Below the pieces are notes generated by a model that was not told where the DNA came from, ran no database searches, and saw only the letters and a list, made by a program, of their open reading frames with translations. From Candidatus Zixiibacteriota bacterium (GTDB lineage: Bacteria > Zixibacteria > MSB-5A5 > UBA10806 > 4484-95), in NCBI GenBank assembly GCA_037441845.1, contig JBBIRK010000001.1:128001-192000 (forward strand): a stretch of 64,000 nucleotides of DNA, written 5' to 3'. The position numbers and the translations under genes were made by a program. This document shows, piece by piece, positions 9,432-19,551 of this stretch; the first letter of the stretch is position 1, and the number at the start of each line of letters is the position of its first letter.

Positions 9432-10369
9432 TTGGCCTTCTTCTCCCTCGTCAACTGAATAAATGCCTGCTCGAGGCTCGGGCGGCTCGGGGCGAATTCC
9501 CGCACCAACCAACCCTTGCGCCTGATGAATTCGGCCGATTCAGACCAGAGTCTATCCGGCTCCGGAGCGGTGATATAATACCTTGCGAAACCATCTGATT
9601 CGGAAACGAAATTGAAATGCAGAGCGCTTTCGCTTCCGGCAAATGCCTGCTCGATTTCCTGACGCGGAGCCTTCATTTCGAGGAAATAGCCGGGCTCGCC
9701 GCTGGCCATATTGCGAAGCTGGTCCGGGGTGCCTTCGGCGATGATCCTCCCTTCATCGATAATCACAATCCGATCGGATATCGCCTCTACTTCTTGAAGG
9801 ATATGAGTCGAGAAAATAATGGTCTTGCTCGCCGACAGATCCTTGATCAACTTCCGGATGCTGATAATCTGTAAGGGATCGAGGCCGGAAGTGGGTTCAT
9901 CGAGAATCAAGACTTCTGGGTCGTGGATCAACGCCTGGGCCAGGCCCACCCGCTGCCTGTATCCGCGCGAAAGATCGCCGATAGGTTTGCGATATACCTC
10001 TTTCACCTGGCAGGCATTGACAACCCAATCGATCCGGTTTTTCAGACCGCCGTTTTCGAGGCCGCGCCCTCTGCCGACGAACTCGAGATACTCGGCCACT
10101 TCCATATCGGCATAAAGCGGGGCCGTCTCGGGCAGATAGCCTACTTTCCGCCTTACCGCGATAGGATTCTCAAGAACATCGATGCCGCAGACAATCGCCG
10201 TTCCGGCCGTTGGAACCATCTGAGTGGTGATGATTTTCATGCAAGTGGTCTTGCCCGCACCGTTAGGTCCCAGCAATCCCATCACTTGATTATCGGCGGC
10301 GATAAATGAGGCATCGATAAGAGCCCGCGTCGTCCCGTAATTCATGCATAGGCTTTTAGCTTCTACCAT
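9428..10369 (-). CDS. ABC transporter ATP-binding protein (GldA-like)
   Basis: GPNGAGKTT, LSRGYRQRVGLAQA, LILDEPTSGLDP and STHIL motifs; AAGGAG SD upstream. Confidence 0.9.
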   Translation of the reverse strand: MVEAKSLCMNYGTTRALIDASFIAADNQVMGLLGPNGAGKTTCMKIITTQMVPTAGTAIVCGIDVLENPIAVRRKVGYLPETAPLYADMEVAEYLEFVGRGRGLENGGLKNRIDWVVNACQVKEVYRKPIGDLSRGYRQRVGLAQALIHDPEVLILDEPTSGLDPLQIISIRKLIKDLSASKTIIFSTHILQEVEAISDRIVIIDEGRIIAEGTPDQLRNMASGEPGYFLEMKAPRQEIEQAFAGSESALHFNFVSESDGFARYYITAPEPDRLWSESAEFIRRKGWLVREFAPSRPSLEQAFIQLTREKKAK

Positions 10370-10540
10370 CAAATGCTCCTTTTATATAAAACTAAAATTT
10401 CCATTCAAGCCGCCTTCATCCGAATTTTTGATTATACAAAAATATTTTAATTATGTTCTATCCTTTTGGCAACAATTTCGAAATTCGATCATCTCCCGAC
10501 ATGGCCATGCGGCGGTAAAGCACCTTTACCTCAATAGACC

Positions 10541-10569
10541 TTGACCGAAAGGCGACCGGCGGATATTTT
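10541..10569 (+). promoter_or_regulatory. Putative sigma70 promoter, probably leaderless transcript
   Basis: TTGACC-17 nt-TATTTT ending 6 nt before ATG 10576; no SD. Confidence 0.45.
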
Positions 10570-10575
10570 AGCGTA

Positions 10576-12090
10576 ATGATTTCAAGAGGATCGATAGCGG
10601 CCGCCCTCATATTATTGTGCTCATTCACGGCGGCTGGTCAGACATTGTCGCCACAGCAAATGCTTGATCCTCTTGACCCGAGGCTGCCATCGCCGGCATA
10701 CGAACTCTGGGCCAGAACCAGAACAACTAAAACTATCCGTTATGATTTCGAGCGGTACCGTAGAGGGTTTTTCCGAAATTTCGTCTTGGACAGCCTGACT
10801 TCGAAATTGATCATGTCCCCCGAACGCTATCCGATTAAAATAGACAATAACGATTTCCGATTCTGGATCGGGTTCCGCCTGAGCGAAAACTGGCTGGGTT
10901 TCAAGGAAAACCGAGACGATTTCAGCAGTCTGCAATCATCGGTATCCATAAGCGGCAATGCGAACATCAAGAACAAGGTCGATTTCTACGAAGACATCAC
11001 GTTATATCGCGAAGACAACACCCTGAATATCGATCGGGCGTCTCAGACCGGCGAATTTCTGCGCGATCCGCTGACATCGTATCCTGCATATTGGCCTGAT
11101 CCGCTCGAGGGAGGGCCGCTGGATTTCGATATAGCCGCGGATCGTGCGGTGATTGCCTTGAACCTGTATGGAGTCGACATAACGACCGGTCACGAACGGA
11201 TAATCCAAAAACCCGGTTATCGCAACGGATTGTTGTTTTCGGGACTGGCCCGACCGATAGATCTGTTTTATAAATTTGATTATCGTTTTTGGAAAATTTC
11301 CCTGACATCATTCGCCGGACAGCTCAGCGGGGAAAATAAAAAATATATTGCCGGGAAACGGGTGACTATCGCGATTCTGCGGAATTTGAGCATAGGTTTG
11401 GCGGAGGCGGTCTCTTATTTCGATGATCCGACGGCCTATATCAATCCGATAATGCCGGTTTTCGTAAGCCAAAGGCAAAGGCCGAACAATGACGATAATC
11501 TGCTCGCCGCGGTGGATATCAGCTATCGGCCGACGCAGGATATTCAACTTTACGCTGAATTCTTGAATGATGATTTCATGTATCTCGAAAACGAAGATAG
11601 AGGACCGTCGAAATATGCCTTTTTAGCTGGGGTCGCGCGTAACAATTTGATAATCGACCGCCTCGATCTACGGATCGAGTATTGTCGGGCAAGCAAATGG
11701 ACATACACTCACGTATCGAGAGTAAACTCTTGGAGCCATGCCGGGCAACCGCTTGGATTTTGGTTGGGTCCGGATGCCGACGAGCTGTTTTGCCAATTGA
11801 GCTGGATCGCCGGTTCCTCATCTTTGTTCCGGATCGCTTTCGATCGGGTGCGTAAAGGAGAAGGAACGCTCGATTTACCGTATGAAATCGAAGGCGGCGA
11901 TAAGTCGCCGAAATTCCCATCGGGCATAGTGGAAAAGTCCAACGGAGTTTGGGTTGATATCAATGAAATAATCGGCAGATTTTCGGTGGCTGCGAGAACC
12001 GGGTTCCGTCAAATAAAAAATTCCAACAACACAGACGGTAGAGCAGTCGAAAACCCTTTTATACATATTATCGTAAGTGCGGATATGTAA
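10576..12090 (+). CDS. Capsule assembly Wzi-like outer-membrane barrel protein
   Basis: Signal peptide; YINP, DDNLLA, LYAEFLNDD, YTH...PLGFWLGPDAD and FPSGIVEK motifs; paralogous in pattern to 33308..34807. Confidence 0.65.
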   Translation: MISRGSIAAALILLCSFTAAGQTLSPQQMLDPLDPRLPSPAYELWARTRTTKTIRYDFERYRRGFFRNFVLDSLTSKLIMSPERYPIKIDNNDFRFWIGFRLSENWLGFKENRDDFSSLQSSVSISGNANIKNKVDFYEDITLYREDNTLNIDRASQTGEFLRDPLTSYPAYWPDPLEGGPLDFDIAADRAVIALNLYGVDITTGHERIIQKPGYRNGLLFSGLARPIDLFYKFDYRFWKISLTSFAGQLSGENKKYIAGKRVTIAILRNLSIGLAEAVSYFDDPTAYINPIMPVFVSQRQRPNNDDNLLAAVDISYRPTQDIQLYAEFLNDDFMYLENEDRGPSKYAFLAGVARNNLIIDRLDLRIEYCRASKWTYTHVSRVNSWSHAGQPLGFWLGPDADELFCQLSWIAGSSSLFRIAFDRVRKGEGTLDLPYEIEGGDKSPKFPSGIVEKSNGVWVDINEIIGRFSVAARTGFRQIKNSNNTDGRAVENPFIHIIVSADM

Positions 12091-13363
12091 AGTGAAGATA
12101 TTATCGAAGAATTCCTCAAGAACCGGATTGTGGATTATATTCGCTGCCGCTTTCGTTTTTCGTTTGTTGATTATTTTCATTTTCGCATGGGATCGGGGTC
12201 CGCATTTCGAAAATTATGCGATAGCCAAAAACATAGTCAGTGGCTTCGGTTATTCCTGGGATTGGGACGGCATCTTGAAAGTTCAGCCAACCGCTTTACT
12301 ACCTCCGATTTATACTTACTTTTTGGTAGCCTTTTTGTATCTTTTTGACGAGCCGTCCCGTTGGATTTACATTGCCCAGGCCTTTTTGAATTCTCTCGGG
12401 GTTTTTCCGGCCTTTGGTTTAGGTAGACAATTAAGAAATGAAAGAAATGGCTTTTTGGCGGCGGCACTTTATGCGTTTTTTCCGGAAATCGCCATTTCTC
12501 CCACCAAAATGATTTCCGAGCCTTTATTTATCCCCGGAATATTAATGGGGCTATGGATCTACCGATCCCTTAGCGCCAACAAAGAAAAATATATTGGAGC
12601 GCGACATTTTTTTCTATTCGGCTTATTTTTGGGATTTCTCACATTGATTAAGACAACCGGAACGCTAATATTGGCGGCTTGCTGCATCTGTCTATTATTG
12701 AAAAATAGGTTTTCCGGAGCATCATTGAAGTCGACTGCTTTGATCTTCGTGGGATTTATCCTGGCTATCAGCCCTTGGAGCGTAAGAAACATGGTTGTAT
12801 TGAAGGCACCCGTCGTCTTGGGCTCCAATATGGGATACAATCTCTGGCGAGGAAATCACCCATGGTCGAAAGGAACGGAATATCTGAATCCGAAACAAAC
12901 GAGTGAGGCGGAAATCCCTCTGGAATATAGAAAATATCTTGAGAACAATTATCCGGATAAAGAAACGGAACTGGATTCTTTTTTCGGAAAGGAGGCGTTT
13001 CGTTTCATTAAAGAAAACCCAAAGCGATACGTAAATTTGGTGGCCAAAAGAGCTTTATACTTTATAACCTACGATCCAACCCACCCCTTGACCAGGAATT
13101 TGGCATATCTTGGCGGTTATATATTCGTGGTCATTTTCGGCGTTTGGGGTGGCCTTATCGCCCGAAAATTAAAAACCTTCGACTGCGTATTCATTTTAGG
13201 ACCGTTATTATTTTTCATATTCTATATCCCGATAGTGATGGTGCCGAGATTTCGGATCGTTATGATATTGGTTTTATTGATGCTTTCCTCACTATCCATC
13301 GGGTCGCTTCTCGAAAGAGAAGGATACATAAGGCGTTTGGCGCATAAAGTTGGGATTAAGTGA
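12077..13363 (+). CDS. ArnT/PMT-like (GT-C fold, GT39/83-like) membrane glycosyltransferase
   Basis: Multiple TM helices; YAIAKNIVSGFGY, PPIYTYFL, SEPLF, PWSVRN...GYNLWRGN and PRFR motifs. Confidence 0.75.
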   Translation: MRICKVKILSKNSSRTGLWIIFAAAFVFRLLIIFIFAWDRGPHFENYAIAKNIVSGFGYSWDWDGILKVQPTALLPPIYTYFLVAFLYLFDEPSRWIYIAQAFLNSLGVFPAFGLGRQLRNERNGFLAAALYAFFPEIAISPTKMISEPLFIPGILMGLWIYRSLSANKEKYIGARHFFLFGLFLGFLTLIKTTGTLILAACCICLLLKNRFSGASLKSTALIFVGFILAISPWSVRNMVVLKAPVVLGSNMGYNLWRGNHPWSKGTEYLNPKQTSEAEIPLEYRKYLENNYPDKETELDSFFGKEAFRFIKENPKRYVNLVAKRALYFITYDPTHPLTRNLAYLGGYIFVVIFGVWGGLIARKLKTFDCVFILGPLLFFIFYIPIVMVPRFRIVMILVLLMLSSLSIGSLLEREGYIRRLAHKVGIK

Positions 13364-13654
13364 ATTTTGCGGCGGACAGGGTTTGAGTCTAATCATGTCG
13401 ACCAAAATCAGCCGAAAGGCAATTATCGCCACGATACCTTGGTGCCGGGATTTCCGGAAGTGGTACCATAATGGAGCGTGCGCAATTACCTTATTATCAG
13501 TTAGTCGGTGTTCCTGAACACCGTGTATGGTTTTAACCTGTGGCATAGAAATTATCCATGGTCTTTAGGAACGACCAGGGTGGATTTCGATAGATCAAGC
13601 GAAGTAGATTGCCCGAATTAACCTAAGCAATAAATTTTACGAAGGAGAAAATAG

Positions 13655-14935
13655 ATGAAATCCGATTCTAAACTCGAATGGTGGAAAAGTCCGCTTCCTC
13701 ATTGCAAGCCGGCGACACGAGTGATTTCGGCCGGTTACGATCCCATATTTTCCGAAATGGCGGCGAAAATGCCTATATATGCCACTTCGACTTTCTTATT
13801 CAAGACCGCAGAAGACGGCGAAAGATTTTTCCGTTTGTTCGCCCATCCCGATGAAAGACATGACGGCGAGATCCCCGGATTGATTTATTCCCGTATGAAC
13901 AACCCCAATATGGAAATCGTCGAGGATAAAATGGTGGTGATGGAGCCCGGTGCCGAAGACGCCGCCGTGCTGCCATCGGGGATGTCGGCCATATCGACCA
14001 CCGTGCTTGCACTCCTTTCACCCGGAGATGTTATACTATATTCGGCGCCGGTATATGGCGGGACCGAGCATCTTTTCGAGGATGTCTTGCCGAGATTCGA
14101 TATAAAGGCCATCCCGATATTCTCCCCGGACATGAACGATTACCGTAAAGCGCTCGACCGTCAAAAAAACGCGGTCGCTCTGATATTCATAGAAACGCCC
14201 AGCAATCCCACTATGGTGCATACCGATGTAGAACAAGTGGTGGCCTTAGCCCAGGAGCATTCAACTCCTGAACGAAAGATATTGACAGCCGTCGACAACA
14301 CTTTCATGGGACCGGTCTTTCAAAGCTTTTTCGGGCAGGGAATCGACTTGAGCATCTATTCGGCGACCAAATTTATCGGAGGCCATTCAGACTTGATCGG
14401 GGGTTTCGTCTTGGGGAAAAAACCGACGATACAGAAAATCAAAGCGTTTCGTTCGGTGATCGGAGCAGCCACCGACCCGTTTTGTTGCTGGTTGATGGCC
14501 CGTTCTCTCGAAACCATTGAAATCAGGATGCATAAAGCGGCCGCCAGCGCCCAAAAAATCGCCGAATTTTTAGCCGGACATCGCGGGGTAGAGAAAGTCG
14601 TTTATCCGGGTCTGCTCAAGCCGAATGATCCGCAATACGCCATATATAAAAGGCAATGTCGCGGAAGCGGCTCGTTGATTTCATTCTATATTAGGGGAGG
14701 CAAAAAAGAGGCTTTCTCGGTGCTCAACAGCGTGGAGATTTGCCGGTTGGCAGTCAGTCTCGGCGGCACAGAATCGTTGATCTCGCATCCCCGGAGAATG
14801 ACCCATTCGGAAGTGCCGGAGGAAATCTGCCGAAAGACCGGAATCACTGATAGCCTGATTCGCCTGTCGGTGGGGATAGAAGATGCGGATGACCTTATCG
14901 GTGACCTTGATCAGGCGTTAAGAAAAATCGCCTGA
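13655..14935 (+). CDS. PLP-dependent Cys/Met metabolism enzyme (methionine gamma-lyase / cystathionine gamma-synthase family)
   Basis: YSRMNNP, SGMSAI, YGGT, ETPSNPT, VDNTF, SATKFIGGHSD (PLP Lys) and AVSLGGTESL motifs; AAGGAG SD. Confidence 0.9.
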   Translation: MKSDSKLEWWKSPLPHCKPATRVISAGYDPIFSEMAAKMPIYATSTFLFKTAEDGERFFRLFAHPDERHDGEIPGLIYSRMNNPNMEIVEDKMVVMEPGAEDAAVLPSGMSAISTTVLALLSPGDVILYSAPVYGGTEHLFEDVLPRFDIKAIPIFSPDMNDYRKALDRQKNAVALIFIETPSNPTMVHTDVEQVVALAQEHSTPERKILTAVDNTFMGPVFQSFFGQGIDLSIYSATKFIGGHSDLIGGFVLGKKPTIQKIKAFRSVIGAATDPFCCWLMARSLETIEIRMHKAAASAQKIAEFLAGHRGVEKVVYPGLLKPNDPQYAIYKRQCRGSGSLISFYIRGGKKEAFSVLNSVEICRLAVSLGGTESLISHPRRMTHSEVPEEICRKTGITDSLIRLSVGIEDADDLIGDLDQALRKIA

Positions 14936-15036
14936 TCGGGTCGGCGATTAACCTATCGAAAAGATCACTGTATTATTGTTCCTTGTGGATCACCATTAAT
15001 CGCGACGCCGGGTATTTGGGAACTGGATCATTTTTA

Positions 15037-16290
15037 TCAGCTGTGTTCGGTGGAAGTTGTTAAGAATTTGTAACAAACAATGCCCAATATATTATGGCAA
15101 CTTAGAAGTATGGATTCAATGGCAATGAGTAGGAATCCTCTCCAAGATCCGAGGGCATTTTCGGAAAAAGATGAGTCATGCCATAAAAAAGGTTCTATAG
15201 TGGTGATGGCTTTCAAATAAACCAGTGCGCTCATGCTTACGAACAAGTGATGTCTATCCTGAAACATGACATGAATCATGGGCAATAAAGTCATCGACAA
15301 ATAGAACGTATTGGTTTTTTTGCTTAGTATAAAAAAAGGGTTATTGCGGCCACGTAGGCAAACGATCTATCCGTTTTAATTCAATCGGCTTTGGATTGCA
15401 TTCTGGCATACTTGAAAAATAAAAAGACGAAAAAAAACGCAAATGCCACGATTGGTAGAGTCCGCAAGGTTGCGCTCCCTTCGAAATTCGAAATAAAACG
15501 CGATAATAAGAACCAGATATTCCCGCTGGTGAAACTCGAAACCTCGCACTTTACCGGAATCAGTGGATCAAGTCCGAATACGGCGAGTAACGCAAGCATC
15601 AACATCGAAGCGGTAATGGGGACCGCTCTTTTTATAATATTTTTACGCTGGTAATAAACGACAGCCGGCCAATAAAGAATCGCCAAAAACTTGCTGCAAA
15701 GGAAACTCATTCCCACCATTATTCCCGACAGGTGGTTTTTTTCTTTCTCGGCCATAGTGATTCCGGCGATTACCCCCAAGGATATAATCGGGCCGTTAGG
15801 TCCCACTACTCCGATCCAGCAAAAAGAAATCGGGCAGAATACATAGAAAAAGGCTATAGCTCATCTATCAGGCACTTTTGCCTTCCGTACCCATGCCAAA
15901 TAAACAATAACCGCAGCCGCATCGATTATATTCAGCTTGATTACGATGGAGCCGACCGATCGCCAAAAAAGCATTGTAACCGCCAATAGAACTGTGAACA
16001 GGGGTGAATAACTGCTTATGAAATTTCGGTATGGCAATTCCCCGGAAAGTAGTTGTAAGACTTGAGGAAGATAATAGTCGGCGGCATCGGATATTAGCTT
16101 GAAAGACAGCTTGACCGAATAAATCAAAATTGGGGCGATAATCCTAACGCAGTACGCCGAGATTATCAAAGTTCTGAATAATTTATCTTTCCACGGCCGA
16201 TTGCGGACGGCCATAAATACTAATAGACTGCCCAATGCTATGGCAGCACAAAATATAAACCTATAGATGGCAATTTTCTTTTTCGCTAAT
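15037..16290 (-). pseudogene. Disrupted polytopic membrane glycosyltransferase-like gene (GT87/DUF2029-like)
   Basis: Three hydrophobic fragments. The first two are in one frame, interrupted by TGA at 15861-15863 and again at 15381-15383; a frameshift near a T7 run (about 15331-15337) leads into the third. No start codon found before an upstream TAG. SDAADYY...GELPYRNFISSYSP motif. AT-rich. Confidence 0.6.
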
Positions 16291-16409
16291 CGCTATGTAA
16301 ATCAGAGCAAAGATTTTTCCTTTTACTATCTCGAGTTGCCGGATTAAGGGGCCATCAAATCTTACCGGGAATAATCCGCAGCCAAAATAGGCCAGCCGCC
16401 AAATAAACG

Positions 16410-17000
16410 CTACTTCACCTCTGTTCTGTTCTCGATTGCCTTAGCCAAAGTGCTCTTATCCGAATATTCCAAAAAACCGCCCATGGGGATTCCACGGGCG
16501 ATTCTGGTGATCTTAAGCCCCGGTTGCTTAAGCTGGTCTATCACATAGGCAGCCGTCGCTTCGCCTTCGGTATTAGGATTGGTCGCTATTATAATTTCGC
16601 GAACCCCTTGGCTAAGGCGCTTTTTCAGCTGAGCCAGATTTATGTCTTCAGGCCCTACTCCGTCCAATGGAGAAAGAGCGCCGCCCAGTACATGATATGT
16701 GCCCGGATATCCGCCGGCGCTTTCTATTGCCAGCAGATCGGATACCTCCTCGACAACGCAAATAAGCGATCGATCACGTCGGGGGTCGCTGCAAATAGAA
16801 CATATATCCGCCTCGGTCAAATTGGCGCAGTTGCCGCAGGGGTGAAGATAGCGCCGGGCCTTCACGATAATTTCGGCGAATTCCTCCACTCGTTCCCGAG
16901 GTATTTTAAGCAGAAAAAAAGCGATTCGGGCGGCGCTTTTGCGACCGATTCCGGGAAGAAGAGTCAGGTTTTTAATGAGTTCCTCTAAAACCCCATCCAT
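16410..17000 (-). CDS. recR: Recombination mediator RecR
   Basis: LPGIGRKSAARIA, C4 zinc finger, YHVLGGALSPLDG, TNPNTEGEATA. Start reassigned to ATG 17000. Confidence 0.95.
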   Translation of the reverse strand: MDGVLEELIKNLTLLPGIGRKSAARIAFFLLKIPRERVEEFAEIIVKARRYLHPCGNCANLTEADICSICSDPRRDRSLICVVEEVSDLLAIESAGGYPGTYHVLGGALSPLDGVGPEDINLAQLKKRLSQGVREIIIATNPNTEGEATAAYVIDQLKQPGLKITRIARGIPMGGFLEYSDKSTLAKAIENRTEVK

Positions 17001-17005
17001 ATCGG

Positions 17006-17326
17006 CTAAAGTTTCAGTCCAGGGATCGGGGGCAAGCCGGCGGTAAGCCCGGTCATGCATTCCTGCTGCAATTTTTCCGCATTCTCGCGCGCCTGATTGA
17101 CCGCCGCCAAAATCAACTCCTCGAGCATTTCCACCTCGTTCGGGTTTACCACCTCCGGGTCAATTTTTATCTCTATGATTTCCTGACGCCCGTTGGCAAT
17201 CACTCTCACCATTCCCCCGCCGGCGGAACCCTCAACGGTCTTCTGGGCCAGTTCTTCCTGCATCTTTTCGATTCCGGCCTGCATTTTCTGCATCTGCTTC
17301 ATTAAATCGCCCAGACCTTTTGCCAT
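17006..17326 (-). CDS. ybaB: YbaB/EbfC nucleoid-associated protein
   Basis: MKQMQKMQ, GSAGGGMV and LEELILAAVNQA motifs; start ATG 17326 with AAGGAG SD; between dnaX and recR. Confidence 0.92.
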   Translation of the reverse strand: MAKGLGDLMKQMQKMQAGIEKMQEELAQKTVEGSAGGGMVRVIANGRQEIIEIKIDPEVVNPNEVEMLEELILAAVNQARENAEKLQQECMTGLTAGLPPIPGLKL

Positions 17327-17364
17327 AACCGCTCCTTTGATTATGTCGATCATTATTTCCTGAT

Positions 17365-19146
17365 TCATGCCAGATTTCCTTTGAATCCTATATCCTCTCC
17401 CTCGATCAGATCATGAAGCATCTTCAACAAGGGATTACGCTCCAAAAACTCTCTTGCGAATTGTTCTTTGCTTCCTCTCCAGCGCGGCGATGATCCGCCC
17501 GCTTTTGTTTCCGCTCTCGCACTCGGAAGCGGAACGGACTCGCTCCTGGGATCTCCATTCTCGACCCCATTATTTTCAGGGCTGATCGATGCCGCGGCTT
17601 TGACGTAATCTACACTGTAGTCTGCGCCGCAAAATTCTTTCAACCACTCGTGAAGGGAATTTCTTTTTTCCCGGTTCATGAATTTCAGATTGAATTCATG
17701 ATTATTGGAAAATGTCAGTCTTAATGAACTTTCGCCGCTTATGGCAGGGGTCGCCTCGATAATATTGCTCCATATCGCCCGGCTTTTCGATTTCAAATAC
17801 AAAAGAAACTCCGGCCACCAAGCGGCTAAATCGCCCAAAGCTCTTTTTTGCCGGTTCGGCGGATACTCTTCATTTTTTCGATCGTTTTCGATTTCTATCG
17901 GCCGGGAGCTTTTTTCCGGCGCCGGGGAAATCCGCGGATGGTCGGGCGAAACTTTTCCTGCCGAATTAAGCGAAACGTTTTTCGGCAAATTGGGTTCCGG
18001 TTGACCGCCGGATCGTGAATTATCGAAGCGGCCGAGCAGTTCGGTGATATCCACGGCACGATCCAGATTAGCCATCCGAACAAGAGCTATTTCCATCGCT
18101 ATCAAAGGGTCCAGACCGGATTTCCTATCAGCGTGATAATCGGACATGATTTGTGCAAGACCGAGGAGGTCCGCCGAATCGAGACGGGCGATCATGGAGG
18201 AGATTTTGTCCAGTTCGACACTGTCGAGGTCCAGCGCGGCGGCATCCTTTACTCCGTTTTTGATCATCAGGAGTTTGGCGCAGAAGTCGGTTAGCTCTTC
18301 GGCAAGCTCGTCGATATCGGAGCCTTCCCGGTAGTAACGGTCGAATACGGCCATCACCTGAGCCGTGTCGTGATTGAATATTTTTTCGAACAGGTCGATC
18401 AATAAATCGCTCTTGATCAGTCCCATGGCGTCGGTGATCAATTCGGCGGTTATGGTTCCCGAGCCGATATTTATCAACTGGTCGAGAAAAGATAGAGCAT
18501 CGCGGAGCGATCCGTCGGCTTTGCGGGCGGCTATCATAGCCGCCTTAGGTTCGATTTCGACCCCTTCGGATTTGGCCACCGCACTGATCGATTCGGCCAA
18601 AGCCGACACTGGAATCCTTCTGAAATCGAATCTTTGGGTGCGCGACAAAATGGTCGCCGGCAACGCCTGCGGTTCGGTGGTGGCAAAAATGAAAATGACG
18701 TGCGGCGGAGGTTCTTCGAGCGTCTTCAACAAAGCATCGAAAGCCTCTCCCGTCAAGCGGTGAACCTCATCGATAATGTATATTTTATAACGGGAGGCGG
18801 CCGGGCTGTAACGGACGTTTTCGCGGAGCTCCCGGACGTCGTCGATACCTCGATTGCTGGCTGCGTCAATTTCGAGGACGTCGGGGGATACGCCCAGCTT
18901 TATCTCAAGGCAATTCGGGCATTCTCCGCAGGGAGTCGGCGTGGGTCCTTTATGGCAATTAAGCGATTTTGCGAGCACCCGGGCGGTGCTTGTTTTGCCG
19001 GTGCCTCGCGGCCCGCAGAATAGATAAGCATGGGCGATCCGATTCGACGCGATCGCATTGCTCAACGTTCCGGTTATGTGCCGTTGGGCAAGGATGCTTT
19101 GGAAATCGCCCGGACGATATCTTCTGGCAAGAGAAAGATAGCTCAT
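17365..19146 (-). CDS. dnaX: DNA polymerase III subunit gamma/tau
   Basis: MSYLSLARRYRP, GPRGTGKTS, EIDAASNRGIDD, IDEVH and LLKTLEEPP motifs; start ATG 19146. Confidence 0.95.
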   Translation of the reverse strand: MSYLSLARRYRPGDFQSILAQRHITGTLSNAIASNRIAHAYLFCGPRGTGKTSTARVLAKSLNCHKGPTPTPCGECPNCLEIKLGVSPDVLEIDAASNRGIDDVRELRENVRYSPAASRYKIYIIDEVHRLTGEAFDALLKTLEEPPPHVIFIFATTEPQALPATILSRTQRFDFRRIPVSALAESISAVAKSEGVEIEPKAAMIAARKADGSLRDALSFLDQLINIGSGTITAELITDAMGLIKSDLLIDLFEKIFNHDTAQVMAVFDRYYREGSDIDELAEELTDFCAKLLMIKNGVKDAAALDLDSVELDKISSMIARLDSADLLGLAQIMSDYHADRKSGLDPLIAMEIALVRMANLDRAVDITELLGRFDNSRSGGQPEPNLPKNVSLNSAGKVSPDHPRISPAPEKSSRPIEIENDRKNEEYPPNRQKRALGDLAAWWPEFLLYLKSKSRAIWSNIIEATPAISGESSLRLTFSNNHEFNLKFMNREKRNSLHEWLKEFCGADYSVDYVKAAASISPENNGVENGDPRSESVPLPSARAETKAGGSSPRWRGSKEQFAREFLERNPLLKMLHDLIEGEDIGFKGNLA

Positions 19147-19190
19147 AAGACTCTTTTGCTGACCATGGCTCCCATGACGATATTGATTAA

Positions 19191-19465
19191 GGCGGCACGC
19201 ACCCACCTTCGGCCTCTGGGCCTGATTAAGGCATCCGCTGAAAGGCTCACGATCGGGTGATCTTGCATCACACGGCAGTTCCGCTTACCGCTGCTGCCTT
19301 CCGGCCCTGACGGGGTTCGGCGGCCGCCCGTTGAGCCAGGCCCGTCCGCTCATCGCCATCAAGTGGAGCCCGCCTGCGGCTTGCCGGCCTCGGTATGGGG
19401 ATTCGGCCCCGGTATAGCGGGTTCCGGGTTCAGGGCACCGCTAACTCCCCGCTTAGCGCACCGCC
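19191..19465 (-). ncRNA. ffs: Long (Alu-domain-containing) bacterial SRP RNA, about 275 nt
   Basis: Minus strand has helix 8 GTCAGGGCCGGAAGGCAGCAGC and a 5' Alu-like segment GCTAAGCGGGGAGTTAGCGGTGCCCTGAACCCG...GGGGCCGAATCCC. Ends pair (GGCGGUGCGC / GCGUGCCGCC). Directly upstream of dnaX. Confidence 0.92.
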
Positions 19466-19478
19466 AATCGATTCCTAA

Positions 19479-19551
19479 TGGAGCAGAGCGGGATCGAACC
19501 GCCGACCTGTACGTTGCGAACGTACCGCTCTCCCAACTGAGCTACTGCCCC
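19479..19551 (-). tRNA. tRNA-Ala(CGC)
   Basis: GGGGCAG acceptor stem with G3:U70; anticodon arm GTACG-TTCGCAA-CGTAC; GGTTCGATCCC T-arm; 73 nt; CCA not encoded. Confidence 0.96.

Noticed and set aside
13364..13654. SAM-I riboswitch or T-box upstream of the gamma-lyase
   Set aside because: The conserved cores (AUCnAGAG...GCAACC...GUGC, or the T-box UGGnACC antiterminator plus terminator) are not found in the right arrangement.
17660..17920. A6G runs in dnaX suggesting the E. coli-type -1 frameshift that makes the gamma subunit
   Set aside because: Each run reads xAA AAA AGx in the coding frame, not the required A AAA AAG phase, and no stimulatory hairpin was evident.
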